NCBI GenBank assembly: GCA_934149105.1
Contig: CAKPDP010000004.1
Span: forward strand, 69,277 to 133,276
Source: an uncultured Bacilli bacterium
GTDB lineage: Bacteria > Bacillota_I > Bacilli_A > RF39 > UBA660
Length of the DNA stretch: 64,000 nt
Direction of reading: 5' to 3'
In this document: positions 49,289 to 61,930 of the stretch, one piece after another
Layout: each line of letters begins with the position of its first letter
Numbering within the stretch: position 1 is the first letter of the stretch
Notes under the pieces: model-generated
Database searches by the model: none
The model's input: only the letters and a program-made list of their open reading frames with translations
What the model was told of the DNA's origin: nothing
Position numbers and translations under genes: made by a program

Positions 49289-49398
49289 TCTACCACCTTT
49301 TTAAATTATACTAAAGATCTGTATCCTGGTCAAATCTAAGTTAATTTTCTAGACATCCTTTCTATTCCTTGTTATAATTAACATAAATAAATAACTAA

Positions 49399-52023
<2,625 letters not shown>

Positions 52024-52100
52024 ATTATATAGTATTCCTACTTCTTCCTTAAATTTACATTTATCTAATTATTTGTTATAATAATGAAGCAGGTGATGAT

Positions 52101-53897
52101 ATGTCTAAAATCAAAGTTATGAGTGAGAATTTAGCCAACAAAATAGCCGCTGGCGAAGTAGTAGAAAAATGCGTCTCCATAGTTAAAGAATTAGTTGAGA
52201 ATAGTATTGATGCTAAAAGTACGGAAATAAAGATTTATTTAAAAGAAGCTGGACTTCGAGAAATTAAAATTATAGATAATGGTCTAGGTATGGATAAAAC
52301 AGATGCTGAATTGGCCTTTCAAAGGCATGCCACCAGTAAATTATATGATGATGACGATTTATTCTTTATTAAATCCTTAGGTTTCCGTGGTGAAGCCCTT
52401 CCTTCTATCGCAGCCGTTAGTGATGTTGTTTTAAAAACTTGTCAGAATGATGTTGGCACCATGATCCATATTAAAGGTGGTACAATCTTAGAAAATACTA
52501 GTAGTGAATTACGTCAAGGAACCATGCTAATTATTACCAACTTATTCTATAATACTCCCGCTCGTCTTAAACATCTGTCTAGCCCTTACAGTGAATTAGC
52601 TAGTGTCGTTGATTATATAAATAAAATGGCCCTTTCTTATCCTAATGTAAAATTTTTATTATCTAATGATGATAAAGAACTATTAAATACTGATGGTTCT
52701 GGTAATTTATTAAAAGTAATTAAATCTATTTATGGGCTTGAAGTTACTAAAAGAATGCTTCCTGTTACTGGCGAAAACTACGAATATAAAATAACTGGTT
52801 ATATCTCTATGCCCGAAGTTAGTAGGGCTAGTAGAAATTATATGACTACTATTGTTAATGGTCGTGTTATTAAAAATGTCCTTCTAAATAAGACTATTAA
52901 TGAAGCATATTCTAAATATAAAGAAGATACTAGATATCCTATTGTTGTTTTAATAATTGAAACCGATCCTAGTTTGATCGATGTTAATATTCACCCTTCT
53001 AAATTAGATATTAAATTCAGTAATTTTGATGATTTAAGAGATCTAATCTTTCATATGATCGATGATGTCATCTCTAAAAAATTACTAATTCCTAAAATTG
53101 AAACTAAGCAAGAAGAAGTAACTGTTCCTAATTATGAAAATCTTACTCTTAATCTAGAAAGAGAAGTAGTAAAAGATAAAGATATAGCCTATCATCAAGA
53201 ATACCAAGCTAAATTGTCTAATATTATTAATATGAATGATGAAGAAAATCCTGATTTGTCTTCTTTAATAGAGGAAGATCAAACTAATCATACTGAAGAT
53301 TTACTAGAAGAAAAACTTCCTGAATTATATCCTGTTGGCTTAGCCCTTGGTACTTATATGGTCTGTCAAAATGATACGGGAGTTTATTTAATCGATCAGC
53401 ATGCTGCTCAAGAAAGAATAAATTACGAAAAATATTCTTATCTCTTATCTCATCCTAATCATAATACTATTGGTAGTATCGTTCCGTTTGTTATCGAATT
53501 ACCTACCAAAGATTATCTGATTCTTAAAAATAATCAAGATATTTTAACCAAATTGGATATTGAAACCGAAGAATTCGGTCAATCATCTTTTCGAATTATC
53601 AGTCATCCTACTTGGTTTCCTAAAGGTAAAGAAGAACTAATTATTAAAAATATTTTTGAAACTATCCTTAAAGAAGAAAAGAATTTTAATTTAGCAAAAT
53701 TTATCGATCATGTTGCGGCCACTATGGCCTGCAAGGCTAGTATCAAGGGAAATACTAGAATTACTAGTGAAGATATGGAAAGTATAATTGGCCAGCTCCG
53801 TCAATGTAAAAATCCCTTTAATTGTCCTCACGGAAGGCCAACAATCATTCACTTTACTATCTATGAATTAGAAAAAATGTTCCATCGTAGCATTTAA
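52101..53897 (+). CDS. mutL: DNA mismatch repair protein MutL.
   Basis: An N-terminal GHKL ATPase ('VVEKCVSIVKELVENSIDA', 'GFRGEAL') and a MutL C-terminal dimerisation region. Confidence 0.95.
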   Translation: MSKIKVMSENLANKIAAGEVVEKCVSIVKELVENSIDAKSTEIKIYLKEAGLREIKIIDNGLGMDKTDAELAFQRHATSKLYDDDDLFFIKSLGFRGEALPSIAAVSDVVLKTCQNDVGTMIHIKGGTILENTSSELRQGTMLIITNLFYNTPARLKHLSSPYSELASVVDYINKMALSYPNVKFLLSNDDKELLNTDGSGNLLKVIKSIYGLEVTKRMLPVTGENYEYKITGYISMPEVSRASRNYMTTIVNGRVIKNVLLNKTINEAYSKYKEDTRYPIVVLIIETDPSLIDVNIHPSKLDIKFSNFDDLRDLIFHMIDDVISKKLLIPKIETKQEEVTVPNYENLTLNLEREVVKDKDIAYHQEYQAKLSNIINMNDEENPDLSSLIEEDQTNHTEDLLEEKLPELYPVGLALGTYMVCQNDTGVYLIDQHAAQERINYEKYSYLLSHPNHNTIGSIVPFVIELPTKDYLILKNNQDILTKLDIETEEFGQSSFRIISHPTWFPKGKEELIIKNIFETILKEEKNFNLAKFIDHVAATMACKASIKGNTRITSEDMESIIGQLRQCKNPFNCPHGRPTIIHFTIYELEKMFHRSI

Positions 53898-53924
53898 TTT
53901 AACATTTAAAGGGAGATTTTAATT

Positions 53925-54488
53925 ATGAATTCTTACTTACAAAGTAACACTCGAGGTCAAAACTATTTAAAAACAAATTTAACTAATTTATATAATTATC
54001 TTCAATCTTTAACAATCCCCACTAATTCTCCATATCTTTTCTTTTTAGAATGTAAACCTCAAGAGTTAAATCTTGGCTTAAAATTAATAGAAAGTGGGGA
54101 AGTTTTAACTAACTATAATCTAAAATTTCTAAGATGTAATATTCCTGTTTATAACTATCTAGCCTTATCGCTTATTTTCCAAGATATATTCTATGGTCGT
54201 AAAATTTATTATGATAGTCATACTCACGAATTATATAATAGCACTCACTGTTCTCACACTAGTGTAGCTTTTCAAAATCCCGATTTAGAAAATTTAGCCT
54301 TAAATTTTGTAACCCTTTGTAATACTCGCTTTGACGATCATAGTTCTTTCTCTGAACAACAAATTGATATTAAACTTCAAGAATTATTAGATCAAAGCGC
54401 TGACAATAACTTTGACCCCTTTAGAGAAAAATCTCGTCGTACCAAGAGTTATTTAACTAAAATAAAAAGACTAAAGTTCCAAAAATAA
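53925..54488 (+). CDS. Hypothetical protein, one of a paralogous pair.
   Basis: Shares 'YL.LSL....IF.....YD..TH.L.N..H' and a second His-rich block with 54744..55292. Confidence 0.5.
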   Translation: MNSYLQSNTRGQNYLKTNLTNLYNYLQSLTIPTNSPYLFFLECKPQELNLGLKLIESGEVLTNYNLKFLRCNIPVYNYLALSLIFQDIFYGRKIYYDSHTHELYNSTHCSHTSVAFQNPDLENLALNFVTLCNTRFDDHSSFSEQQIDIKLQELLDQSADNNFDPFREKSRRTKSYLTKIKRLKFQK

Positions 54489-54743
54489 TTAAGTAGTAAA
54501 ATAGCAGCAAATATTAGAAAAAAACAATAGAAAGTTGATAATTATTAAATAAAAAATAGTAACTTTTCTTTTACTAATTTAATTAATTATCTATTGAGGA
54601 TCAAACTAATATTTAATTTAGAAACTACAATTATAAATTTATATAACACTTTACAAGAAGAAACTAATTCCTCAAATCATCTTTCTAAATTTAAAACTAA
54701 AACTTTACCTCAAGTAAACTCTTACAGAAAGGAAGTATAAATA

Positions 54744-55292
54744 ATGAATACTTTAATCAAAGAATTATCAGCATTATACTCTAAATATGAAGATAAAATT
54801 CTTATTAATAATATTCCTCTAGAAATGAATATTATTTTCGGAGAACAAAAACTTGTTTTTGATATTTTTGCTCATCAACAGTCTTGTCCTAAATTTGATG
54901 AACAAATTTATCTTGATTTTAGTTCTCTAAGTTCTAAGTCTTATGAATATCTTTCTTTAACTTTAGTCGAACACATTTTTAGTAATGTTATAATGCATTA
55001 CGATAAAAGTACCCATAAATTAACTAATCCCCATCATCGTCCTGGTATTGAAGTACTAATATCTGCTCCTTCCCTTAATCAAGAAGTTCAAAATCTTGTC
55101 TCTGTTCACAATAAACTATGGAGTGAACATAATCCTCAAGTAAATAATCAACATTTTAATTCCTTCTTTGAAAGCAAGAAAAATGATTGTCCTGTTTCAG
55201 AACAACATTCCACTTCTCAGATGCATTTATCTCCTACTTATAGTTATAAATTTTTTACAAAAGAGAGAAAGAAGGAACATAAGCATGACTAA
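54744..55292 (+). CDS. Hypothetical protein, paralogue of 53925..54488.
   Basis: See the entry above. Overlaps the miaA start (ATGACTAA). Confidence 0.5.
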   Translation: MNTLIKELSALYSKYEDKILINNIPLEMNIIFGEQKLVFDIFAHQQSCPKFDEQIYLDFSSLSSKSYEYLSLTLVEHIFSNVIMHYDKSTHKLTNPHHRPGIEVLISAPSLNQEVQNLVSVHNKLWSEHNPQVNNQHFNSFFESKKNDCPVSEQHSTSQMHLSPTYSYKFFTKERKKEHKHD

Positions 55293-56169
55293 AGTTATTG
55301 TGATTTTAGGACCTACGGGAGTAGGTAAAACTAAATTAAGTATTGAATTAGCCAAAAGATATCAAGGGGAAATAATCAATGCTGATGCCATGCAAGTATA
55401 TCAAGGCTTAGATATTGGTACTGCTAAAATAACCCCAGAAGAAATGCAAAATATTCCTCATTATCTTTTTAATATCAAAGATGTAACCGCTAATTATTCT
55501 ATTTATGATTATCAAAAAGATAGTAGAAAATACTTAAATGATATTCTCTCTCGTGGTAAAACTCCTATCATGGTTGGAGGAACAGGTCTCTATATAAAAT
55601 CTAGTTTATATGATTATAGATTTCAAGAAGAAACAACAACTTCTAATTATGATGCTATTTCTACTGCTGATCTCTATACAGAATTAAAATCTAAAGATCC
55701 TGATTCAAATATAGATAGTCATAATCGCCGTCGCATAATAAGAGCTCTAGATTATTTTAATAATAATCATAAATCTTTAAGTACTAATAAAACTAACACT
55801 ATTTTATATGATACTGTTTTCATAGGCTTAACAACCGATAGAAAAATATTATACGATTTAATAAATAAAAGAGTAGATCAAATGGTTGCCAAAGGCTTGG
55901 AACAAGAAGTAAGAACTTATTATGACCAAAATATCTTTACCAAACCTTTATTAGGTGGTATTGGCTATAAAGAATTTTATGAATATTTTCAAGGCCACAT
56001 CACTTATTCTGAATGCCTAGATCTAATTAAAAAAAATTCTCGTCATTATGCTAAACGACAATATACTTTCTTTAATAACCAACTACCAGTCAAGTGGTTT
56101 ACTACTGACTACACTGATTTTACCAAAACCGTAACCGAAATTTGTAACTATTTAGATAGCCTCGAGTGA
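55285..56169 (+). CDS. miaA: tRNA dimethylallyltransferase.
   Basis: 'KVIVILGPTGVGKT' is the P-loop and 'INADAMQVYQGLDIGTAK' follows. The start is set to the ATG at 55285 after a GAAGGAAC RBS, since the longer ORF-track start adds a non-conserved leader. Confidence 0.9.
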   Translation: MTKVIVILGPTGVGKTKLSIELAKRYQGEIINADAMQVYQGLDIGTAKITPEEMQNIPHYLFNIKDVTANYSIYDYQKDSRKYLNDILSRGKTPIMVGGTGLYIKSSLYDYRFQEETTTSNYDAISTADLYTELKSKDPDSNIDSHNRRRIIRALDYFNNNHKSLSTNKTNTILYDTVFIGLTTDRKILYDLINKRVDQMVAKGLEQEVRTYYDQNIFTKPLLGGIGYKEFYEYFQGHITYSECLDLIKKNSRHYAKRQYTFFNNQLPVKWFTTDYTDFTKTVTEICNYLDSLE

Positions 56170-56259
56170 TTTTTTTTCACTCTTTTTTTCATTTTTTAGA
56201 GGAAATTAGACTTTTATCTAGAATAATAATTTATGAAGAGATAAAGAAAGGAGTCAAAA

Positions 56260-56919
56260 ATGTTAAAATTTATCAAAAAATATAAAATTCCCCTTACCAT
56301 AATTACTGCTATAATTGTTTTTATACTAAGTATCTTCTTAAAATATTATCTAGTTTCATCTTCTAACACTATCTCTTTAGAAGATAATAGTTTAGAGAAG
56401 GAAGAGATAGAAGTTTCTTCTGACTCTAAAACTTCCGAAGAACCAGAATTAGTAGGAGTAGATATTAAAGGTGCCGTTGTTAATCCAGGGGTCTATTTAG
56501 TTGAAAATACTAAACGAGTAATAGATGTCATAAATGAAGCCGGTGGCTTTACTGCTAATGCTTCTACTGAAGAAATAAATCTATCCAAAAAAGTCTTTGA
56601 AGAAATGGTTATCATAGTCTATACGAAAGAAGAAGTGGAGAGTAATAATTTTACAAGCTCTGTTACCAATGATGCTCTAACTACCACTAACGATAATTCC
56701 TCTAACTCCAATACCTCACCATCTAATACCAAAGTAAATATTAATACTGCCAATTTAGAAACTTTAGAAACTCTAACAGGAATCGGTAAATCTAAAGCTC
56801 AATCTATAATTGATTATCGCGAACAAAATGGTAATTTTACTTCCATCGAAGATATTAAAAAAGTCTCTGGAATAGGGGATAGTATCTATGAGAAGATTAA
56901 AGACCATATTACAGTCTAA
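56260..56919 (+). CDS. comEA: Competence protein ComEA (DNA receptor).
   Basis: An N-terminal TM helix, an SLBB-like domain, and a C-terminal tandem HhH ('LETLTGIGKSKAQSIIDYRE...IEDIKKVSGIG'). Confidence 0.85.
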   Translation: MLKFIKKYKIPLTIITAIIVFILSIFLKYYLVSSSNTISLEDNSLEKEEIEVSSDSKTSEEPELVGVDIKGAVVNPGVYLVENTKRVIDVINEAGGFTANASTEEINLSKKVFEEMVIIVYTKEEVESNNFTSSVTNDALTTTNDNSSNSNTSPSNTKVNINTANLETLETLTGIGKSKAQSIIDYREQNGNFTSIEDIKKVSGIGDSIYEKIKDHITV

Positions 56920-58948
56920 GTATCCTATTAAAGTTACAGCCATCATTATTGTTATTTTAGATTTAATCTTTTTAAAATGCTATACTTATCAAAGCAAATA
57001 TTCTGGATCTGAAACTAAAATAACGGGAATCGTTACCAATATCATTGATAATTCTGATTATTTAACTATATATCTCCAAGCTAAAGAATTAATATTAGTA
57101 AAATATTATTATCAAGATAAAAATAACTTACCTCAAATAGAATTAGGAAGTAGGGTAAGTATCGAAGGAACTATAGAAAGACCTTTCAACAATACTATCA
57201 AAAACCTCTTTAATTATAAAGATTATCTTTATTCTAAAAAAATATATTACCTAATGAATACTTCCAAACTAAATATAATAAACTCCAATCAGAGTCTTCT
57301 CTACTATTTGAAAAATAAAATAATTACTAGAATAAATACTATAAAAAAGAGTGATCCATATCTTAAAACCTTTATCTTAGGGGACATGAATTATATTGAA
57401 ACAACTACCAAAAAATCTTATCAAGCTAATGGTATTTCCCATCTGTTTAGTATTTCTGGTATGCATATCAGTATTTTTTCAGCTTTGATTTTAAAAATTT
57501 TAAAGAAATTCTCCTATAGTAATAAATATAATTACAGTTTTGTTATTCTTTTTTTATTATTTTATATGTTCTTAGTAAATTATACTGCTTCAATTATCAG
57601 AAGTTTTACTATGTACTTTCTAAAAAGCCTTAATAGCACTTTTAATCTGAAAATTAAAACTTTAGACATTTCCTTGCTAACCCTAATTATTTTAATTATA
57701 ATAGATCCTAGAATAATCTTAAATATTGGTTTTCAATTTTCTTATTTAGTAAGCTTTACTTTAATTCTAACTAGTAAAAAACTAAACAAGCATAAAAATT
57801 ATTTCTTAAAGCTTCTTCTCTCATCAAGCGTAGCCTTCCTTGTTTCAATTCCCATCTGTCTTACTAATTATTATCAAATTAATGCTATTTCAATAGTCTT
57901 AAATCTATTTCTAGTTCCTCTAGTAAGTTTTCTTATCTTTCCCTTATCTCTCTTAACTCTTATTTTACCAAAACTAGATGGTATCTTATCAATATTTATT
58001 ACAATTATTGAAAGTATTTCTAATTTTTGTAGCCAGATAAATTTTCTTACTATAACTCTTCCTAAATGTAATTTTATTGTTCTAATGCTATATTACTTTT
58101 TAATTTTCCTAACTCTTCATAATTACAAAAATATTTTTTTACTAATAATTTTAATTATAATTAATCATAATATTGCCTACTTTAATTCTAACTTAAATGT
58201 AACTATGTTAGATGTTGGTCAAGGTGATTCTCTTGTCCTTAATTTTCCTCATAATAAATTAAATATCTTAATTGATACTGGTGGAAACCCTAACAGTAAT
58301 AAAAATTATCTTTCTCAAAATATTATCACTTACCTAAAAAGTATCGGTATCTACAAACTAGATTATTTAATAATTACTCATGGGGACTATGATCATATGG
58401 GTGAAGCTATTAACTTAGTTAATAATTTTAAAGTAGAGAAGTTAATTTTTAATTGTGGAGAATACAACGATTTAGAAAAAAAATTAATTAAAGTATTAGA
58501 CAAAAAGAAAATTAAATATTATTCATGTATTAAAGAGTTAAATGCTGATAATAATAAATTATATTTTTTACAAACAAAAGAATATGATAATGAAAATGAT
58601 AATAGTAATGTTATTTATACTGAACTTGATGGCTATAAATTCATGTTTATGGGAGATGCAGGAGTAGAGAAAGAAAGAGATATTTTAAAAAAATATAATA
58701 TATCTAATATAGATGTATTAAAGGTAGGACATCATGGAAGTAAAACAAGCAGTGGTAAAAAATTTATTGATGAAATTAATCCTAAATATAGCATTATTAG
58801 TGTTGGCAAAAATAACAGATATGGGCATCCAAATAAAGAAGTGTTGGACACTTTAAATGATTCAAAAATATATAGAACAGATCAAGATGGTAGTATTATG
58901 TTTAAAATTAAAAAAGATAAATTACAAATTGAGACTTGTAGCCCGTAG
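56888..58948 (+). CDS. comEC: DNA internalisation competence protein ComEC/Rec2.
   Basis: A polytopic competence domain, then a C-terminal metallo-beta-lactamase domain ('ITHGDYDHMG', 'LKVGHHGSKTS'). Codon style changes at about 58430. Confidence 0.9.
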   Translation: MRRLKTILQSKYPIKVTAIIIVILDLIFLKCYTYQSKYSGSETKITGIVTNIIDNSDYLTIYLQAKELILVKYYYQDKNNLPQIELGSRVSIEGTIERPFNNTIKNLFNYKDYLYSKKIYYLMNTSKLNIINSNQSLLYYLKNKIITRINTIKKSDPYLKTFILGDMNYIETTTKKSYQANGISHLFSISGMHISIFSALILKILKKFSYSNKYNYSFVILFLLFYMFLVNYTASIIRSFTMYFLKSLNSTFNLKIKTLDISLLTLIILIIIDPRIILNIGFQFSYLVSFTLILTSKKLNKHKNYFLKLLLSSSVAFLVSIPICLTNYYQINAISIVLNLFLVPLVSFLIFPLSLLTLILPKLDGILSIFITIIESISNFCSQINFLTITLPKCNFIVLMLYYFLIFLTLHNYKNIFLLIILIIINHNIAYFNSNLNVTMLDVGQGDSLVLNFPHNKLNILIDTGGNPNSNKNYLSQNIITYLKSIGIYKLDYLIITHGDYDHMGEAINLVNNFKVEKLIFNCGEYNDLEKKLIKVLDKKKIKYYSCIKELNADNNKLYFLQTKEYDNENDNSNVIYTELDGYKFMFMGDAGVEKERDILKKYNISNIDVLKVGHHGSKTSSGKKFIDEINPKYSIISVGKNNRYGHPNKEVLDTLNDSKIYRTDQDGSIMFKIKKDKLQIETCSP

Positions 58949-58960
58949 GAAGGAGTAGAC

Positions 58961-59290
58961 ATGAATTATTACAATGAGATAAAAAATGAATTAGTAAATA
59001 ATGAGATAAATCGGAAAGTTAAAAATTATTCAATTAATAAGAGTGATTTGGATGCATATTACAATGTTGGAAGAATGTTAAGTGAAGCAGGTAATCATTA
59101 TGGAGAAGGAATAATAAAAGAATATTCGAAGAGATTAACATATGAATTAGGTAAGGGTTATAGTAAGAGAAATCTATGGTTAATGTTAAAGTTTTATGAG
59201 TTGAATGAAAAAGTGCAGACACTGTCTGCACAATTATCTTGGTCGCATTATTGAGAATTACTATCTTTTGAGAATACTGATAAAATTAAT
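58961..59290 (+). pseudogene. 5' fragment of a DUF1016 (YhcG-like PDDEXK nuclease) gene, with an in-frame TGA after 'LSWSHY'.
   Basis: '...KGYSKRNLWLMLKFYE...QTLSAQLSWSHY*ELLSFENTDKINYY' matches the conserved DUF1016 N-terminal region. The reading frame then runs into the comEC-tail remnant. Confidence 0.5.
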
Positions 59291-59300
59291 TATTACATAG

Positions 59301-59449
59301 AATTAGTTAAAAATAATAGATATGGTCATCCTAAAGAAGACGTTCTAAATACTTAAAAAAACAGTTATCTTTATAGAACTGATCAAGATGGAACTATTGA
59401 AATAAAATTACGAAAAAATCATTTTCAAATTAAAACTTATAATCCTTAA
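59301..59449 (+). pseudogene. Displaced remnant of a comEC 3' end, homologous to the last 50 or so codons of comEC at 58800-58948, carrying an in-frame TAA.
   Basis: It translates to 'ELVKNNRYGHPKEDVLNT*KNSYLYRTDQDGTIEIKLRKNHFQIKTYNP*'. The intact comEC tail reads 'SVGKNNRYGHPNKEVLDTLNDSKIYRTDQDGSIMFKIKKDKLQIETCSP*'. Confidence 0.6.
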
Positions 59450-59627
59450 AAAATATAAATTTAGCTTAATTAATTTAATAAAATAATAATATAATCAAGT
59501 ATAAAAAATTAATAATTGCCTATGTTATTAGAAAGAAGAACTATTTTTATTTATTCAGAATAAAATATAATAGGTCGTGAGTCGAAAGCCTACTTACTTA
59601 GGTAAAGGCTTACGTTTAATATAGATT

Positions 59628-59662
59628 AAAGAGCTAAATAAAAAAGTTTAGCTCTTTATTAT
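59628..59662 (+). terminator. Hairpin terminator.
   Basis: AAAGAGCTAAA-taaaaaag-TTTAGCTCTTT followed by ATTATT. Confidence 0.5.
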
Positions 59663-59711
59663 TGATTAATAATTCCAAATATATTATACTTATAACTAGG
59701 AGAATGATAGT

Positions 59712-60617
59712 ATGTACGGAAGAATAATGAAAGTTAGTGAATATGAATTAAAGTTTGGTGCAAAGGAAAAAAATGTCAATGTTTATATAGGCTTTAAAGA
59801 TTTAAAAACTGGTAGCTATTATGTTGTTTATTCAGTAGTAGGAGAGGAACTAACTGGTACTTTATACTATTCTTTACTTCATATCGATAAAACAAAATTA
59901 GTAGCCATGCCTCCTAAAGAAGGAACAAGTGAAATTGTCAAAGATGTTGTTTGGAAAATTATCCATAACGAGAGTCTTGATTCGTATTACGAAGTTTTAA
60001 ATATTAGTAACACTCCTAAAATAGAAATTATAGGCTCCAATAATTTAAAGATGAAACCCGAAGTAATAACCTATTTAATAGATAAGACTTTGCCTAAACC
60101 AGAACTTCCTACTAATACAGAAGCTACGTCTAAAAAGAAAAGTAAATTTGGTTTGATTATTATAATTATAGTTTTAGTTCTTTTCAGTGGTGGGTACTTT
60201 TTCTGTAAAAATATTGGTAAAATAATAGGCTACGGAACAGAATTGATTTGTGAAAGAGAAGATCAAAGCTCTAAATTAAAAGCTAATGTTAATCAGACGG
60301 TAACTATTGATTACGATCGTCAGGGAACTTTAGATAAACTAACAGATAATATCGCTTATACCTTTAAAAATTATACTGATTACCATGAATTTAGAGAAAA
60401 AGGTGAGTACTTCAAATATCAACCAGCCGATATAAAAACTGGTGGTATAAAATGGGAAGATGATAATTATACTTTTAGAGTCATTATCAAATCCTCACAA
60501 GATGATCAATATTTTATTCTAGATAGCAAAAAGCCTATAGAGGGATTATTAGATAAAGATCTAGAAGAATTTAAAAAGAACAACTATACTTGTTATAAAC
60601 AAAATAGAGAAGAGTAG
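59712..60617 (+). CDS. Hypothetical protein with a single TM helix.
   Basis: Strong RBS (TAGGAGAA). A central TM helix 'FGLIIIIIVLVLFSGGYFF'. Its stop overlaps the holA start. Confidence 0.5.
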   Translation: MYGRIMKVSEYELKFGAKEKNVNVYIGFKDLKTGSYYVVYSVVGEELTGTLYYSLLHIDKTKLVAMPPKEGTSEIVKDVVWKIIHNESLDSYYEVLNISNTPKIEIIGSNNLKMKPEVITYLIDKTLPKPELPTNTEATSKKKSKFGLIIIIIVLVLFSGGYFFCKNIGKIIGYGTELICEREDQSSKLKANVNQTVTIDYDRQGTLDKLTDNIAYTFKNYTDYHEFREKGEYFKYQPADIKTGGIKWEDDNYTFRVIIKSSQDDQYFILDSKKPIEGLLDKDLEEFKKNNYTCYKQNREE

Positions 60618-61597
60618 TGATAAATATGAATATATATTTATTTTATGGTAACGAAGAAACCTTAATAAAAGATCAAATATCTAAAATTATAAATGAAAAT
60701 AACATTCCTAGTGATAGCATTAACGAATATTCTCTTCAAGAAGCTGATTTATTAGATATTATCGATGATGCTAATACCATAGGAATGTTTAGCCCTAAAA
60801 AGGCCTTGATTATTAATGATAGTGAATTATTATGGGATACCAAAAAATTAGAAAATATGGATGCTTTAGAAAAATATCTTCAATCATCCAACCCTGATAC
60901 TTTAATATTTTTCAAAAGTAATTCTGAAAAAATAGATTCTCGCAAGAAAATCATCAAAGAATTATCTAAGATGAATGCTATTAAAGAATTTAACAAAGAA
61001 GCTATTAAAGACATAAAAAAATATTGCCAAGATTATTTGACTAAAGAAAATTATAAAATTAGTCCTTCTGACTTTGAGTATCTCTTAAAAAGATTAGGTA
61101 ATAATATTGATTTAATAATTAATGAACTAGATAAATTAATGCTCTATAAATTAGAAGACAAAACTATAACAAAAAAAGATATCGATGTTTTAACAGAACC
61201 TAATATTGAAGAGGAAATTTTTAGCTTAACTGATGCTGTTATTAAAGATAACGTTCCTAAAAGCATTGAACTATATAAATATTTTTTAGCTAATAACTAC
61301 GATACCCTTCAAATAATAGCCTTACTAGCCAATCAATTTCGCTTTTTATTTCAAGTTAAAAGATTAAGTAATAAAGGCCTTAAAGAAGCAGATATTATTA
61401 AAGAACTAGGAGTTCACCCATATCGTGTTAAATTAGCAATCGAAACTAATTACAATTATCGTGAAACAGATTATCTTAAATACCTTTTTAAATTAGCTAC
61501 CTTAGATGAAAACATCAAAAAAGGCCAAATAGATAAAGATTTATTCTTAGAACTATTCCTTTTAAATAAAGATATTGATATCTTAATGCTTAAATAA
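60617..61597 (+). CDS. holA: DNA polymerase III delta subunit.
   Basis: 'IYLFYGNEETLIKDQI' is the HolA N-terminus, and size and organisation agree. It follows comEC as in Bacillus. Confidence 0.8.
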   Translation: MINMNIYLFYGNEETLIKDQISKIINENNIPSDSINEYSLQEADLLDIIDDANTIGMFSPKKALIINDSELLWDTKKLENMDALEKYLQSSNPDTLIFFKSNSEKIDSRKKIIKELSKMNAIKEFNKEAIKDIKKYCQDYLTKENYKISPSDFEYLLKRLGNNIDLIINELDKLMLYKLEDKTITKKDIDVLTEPNIEEEIFSLTDAVIKDNVPKSIELYKYFLANNYDTLQIIALLANQFRFLFQVKRLSNKGLKEADIIKELGVHPYRVKLAIETNYNYRETDYLKYLFKLATLDENIKKGQIDKDLFLELFLLNKDIDILMLK

Positions 61598-61610
61598 TTA
61601 TAAAAAAATT

Positions 61611-61655
61611 AAACCCACATCTATCTTAAATGTGGGTTTAATAAAATTTATTTTT
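61611..61655. terminator. Bidirectional terminator.
   Basis: AAACCCACAT-ctatcttaa-ATGTGGGTTT followed by an AT-rich tract. Confidence 0.7.
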
Positions 61656-61658
61656 CCT

Positions 61659-61871
61659 TTATTTATTAGCCATTCCTTGCCTAATATTTTTAATAATATT
61701 ATATTGTAAATCATCTTTTGAATTCGACCAAGCTAATTCAAAAAGAACTCCTAGCCCAATTAGGGCATCATCGTCAGACGCAGAGACTGAATCATTAATT
61801 GCCTTTAAAAGTTCCTCTTCATCATCATTTTTAAAATTATCAATAATATATTTTCTAACATCTATGTTCAT
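61659..61871 (-). CDS. Small acidic hypothetical protein.
   Basis: 70 aa, Asp/Glu-rich, with no recognisable motif. It occupies the position where rpsT sits in Bacillus, but it is not S20-like. Confidence 0.4.
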   Translation of the reverse strand: MNIDVRKYIIDNFKNDDEEELLKAINDSVSASDDDALIGLGVLFELAWSNSKDDLQYNIIKNIRQGMANK

Positions 61872-61930
61872 TCTATCACCAATAATATAATTAACATCCT
61901 GAAAAAAAATATACCTCTAAAAGATATATT

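Noticed and set aside
58961-59290. In-frame TGA inside the DUF1016-like frame, taken as possible evidence for genetic code 4 (TGA=Trp).
   Set aside because: TGA clearly terminates well-conserved genes here, for example the fmt stop overlapping the next ATG, and the rmlD stop. A second in-frame stop (TAA) occurs in the adjoining remnant. Pseudogenisation is the better explanation.
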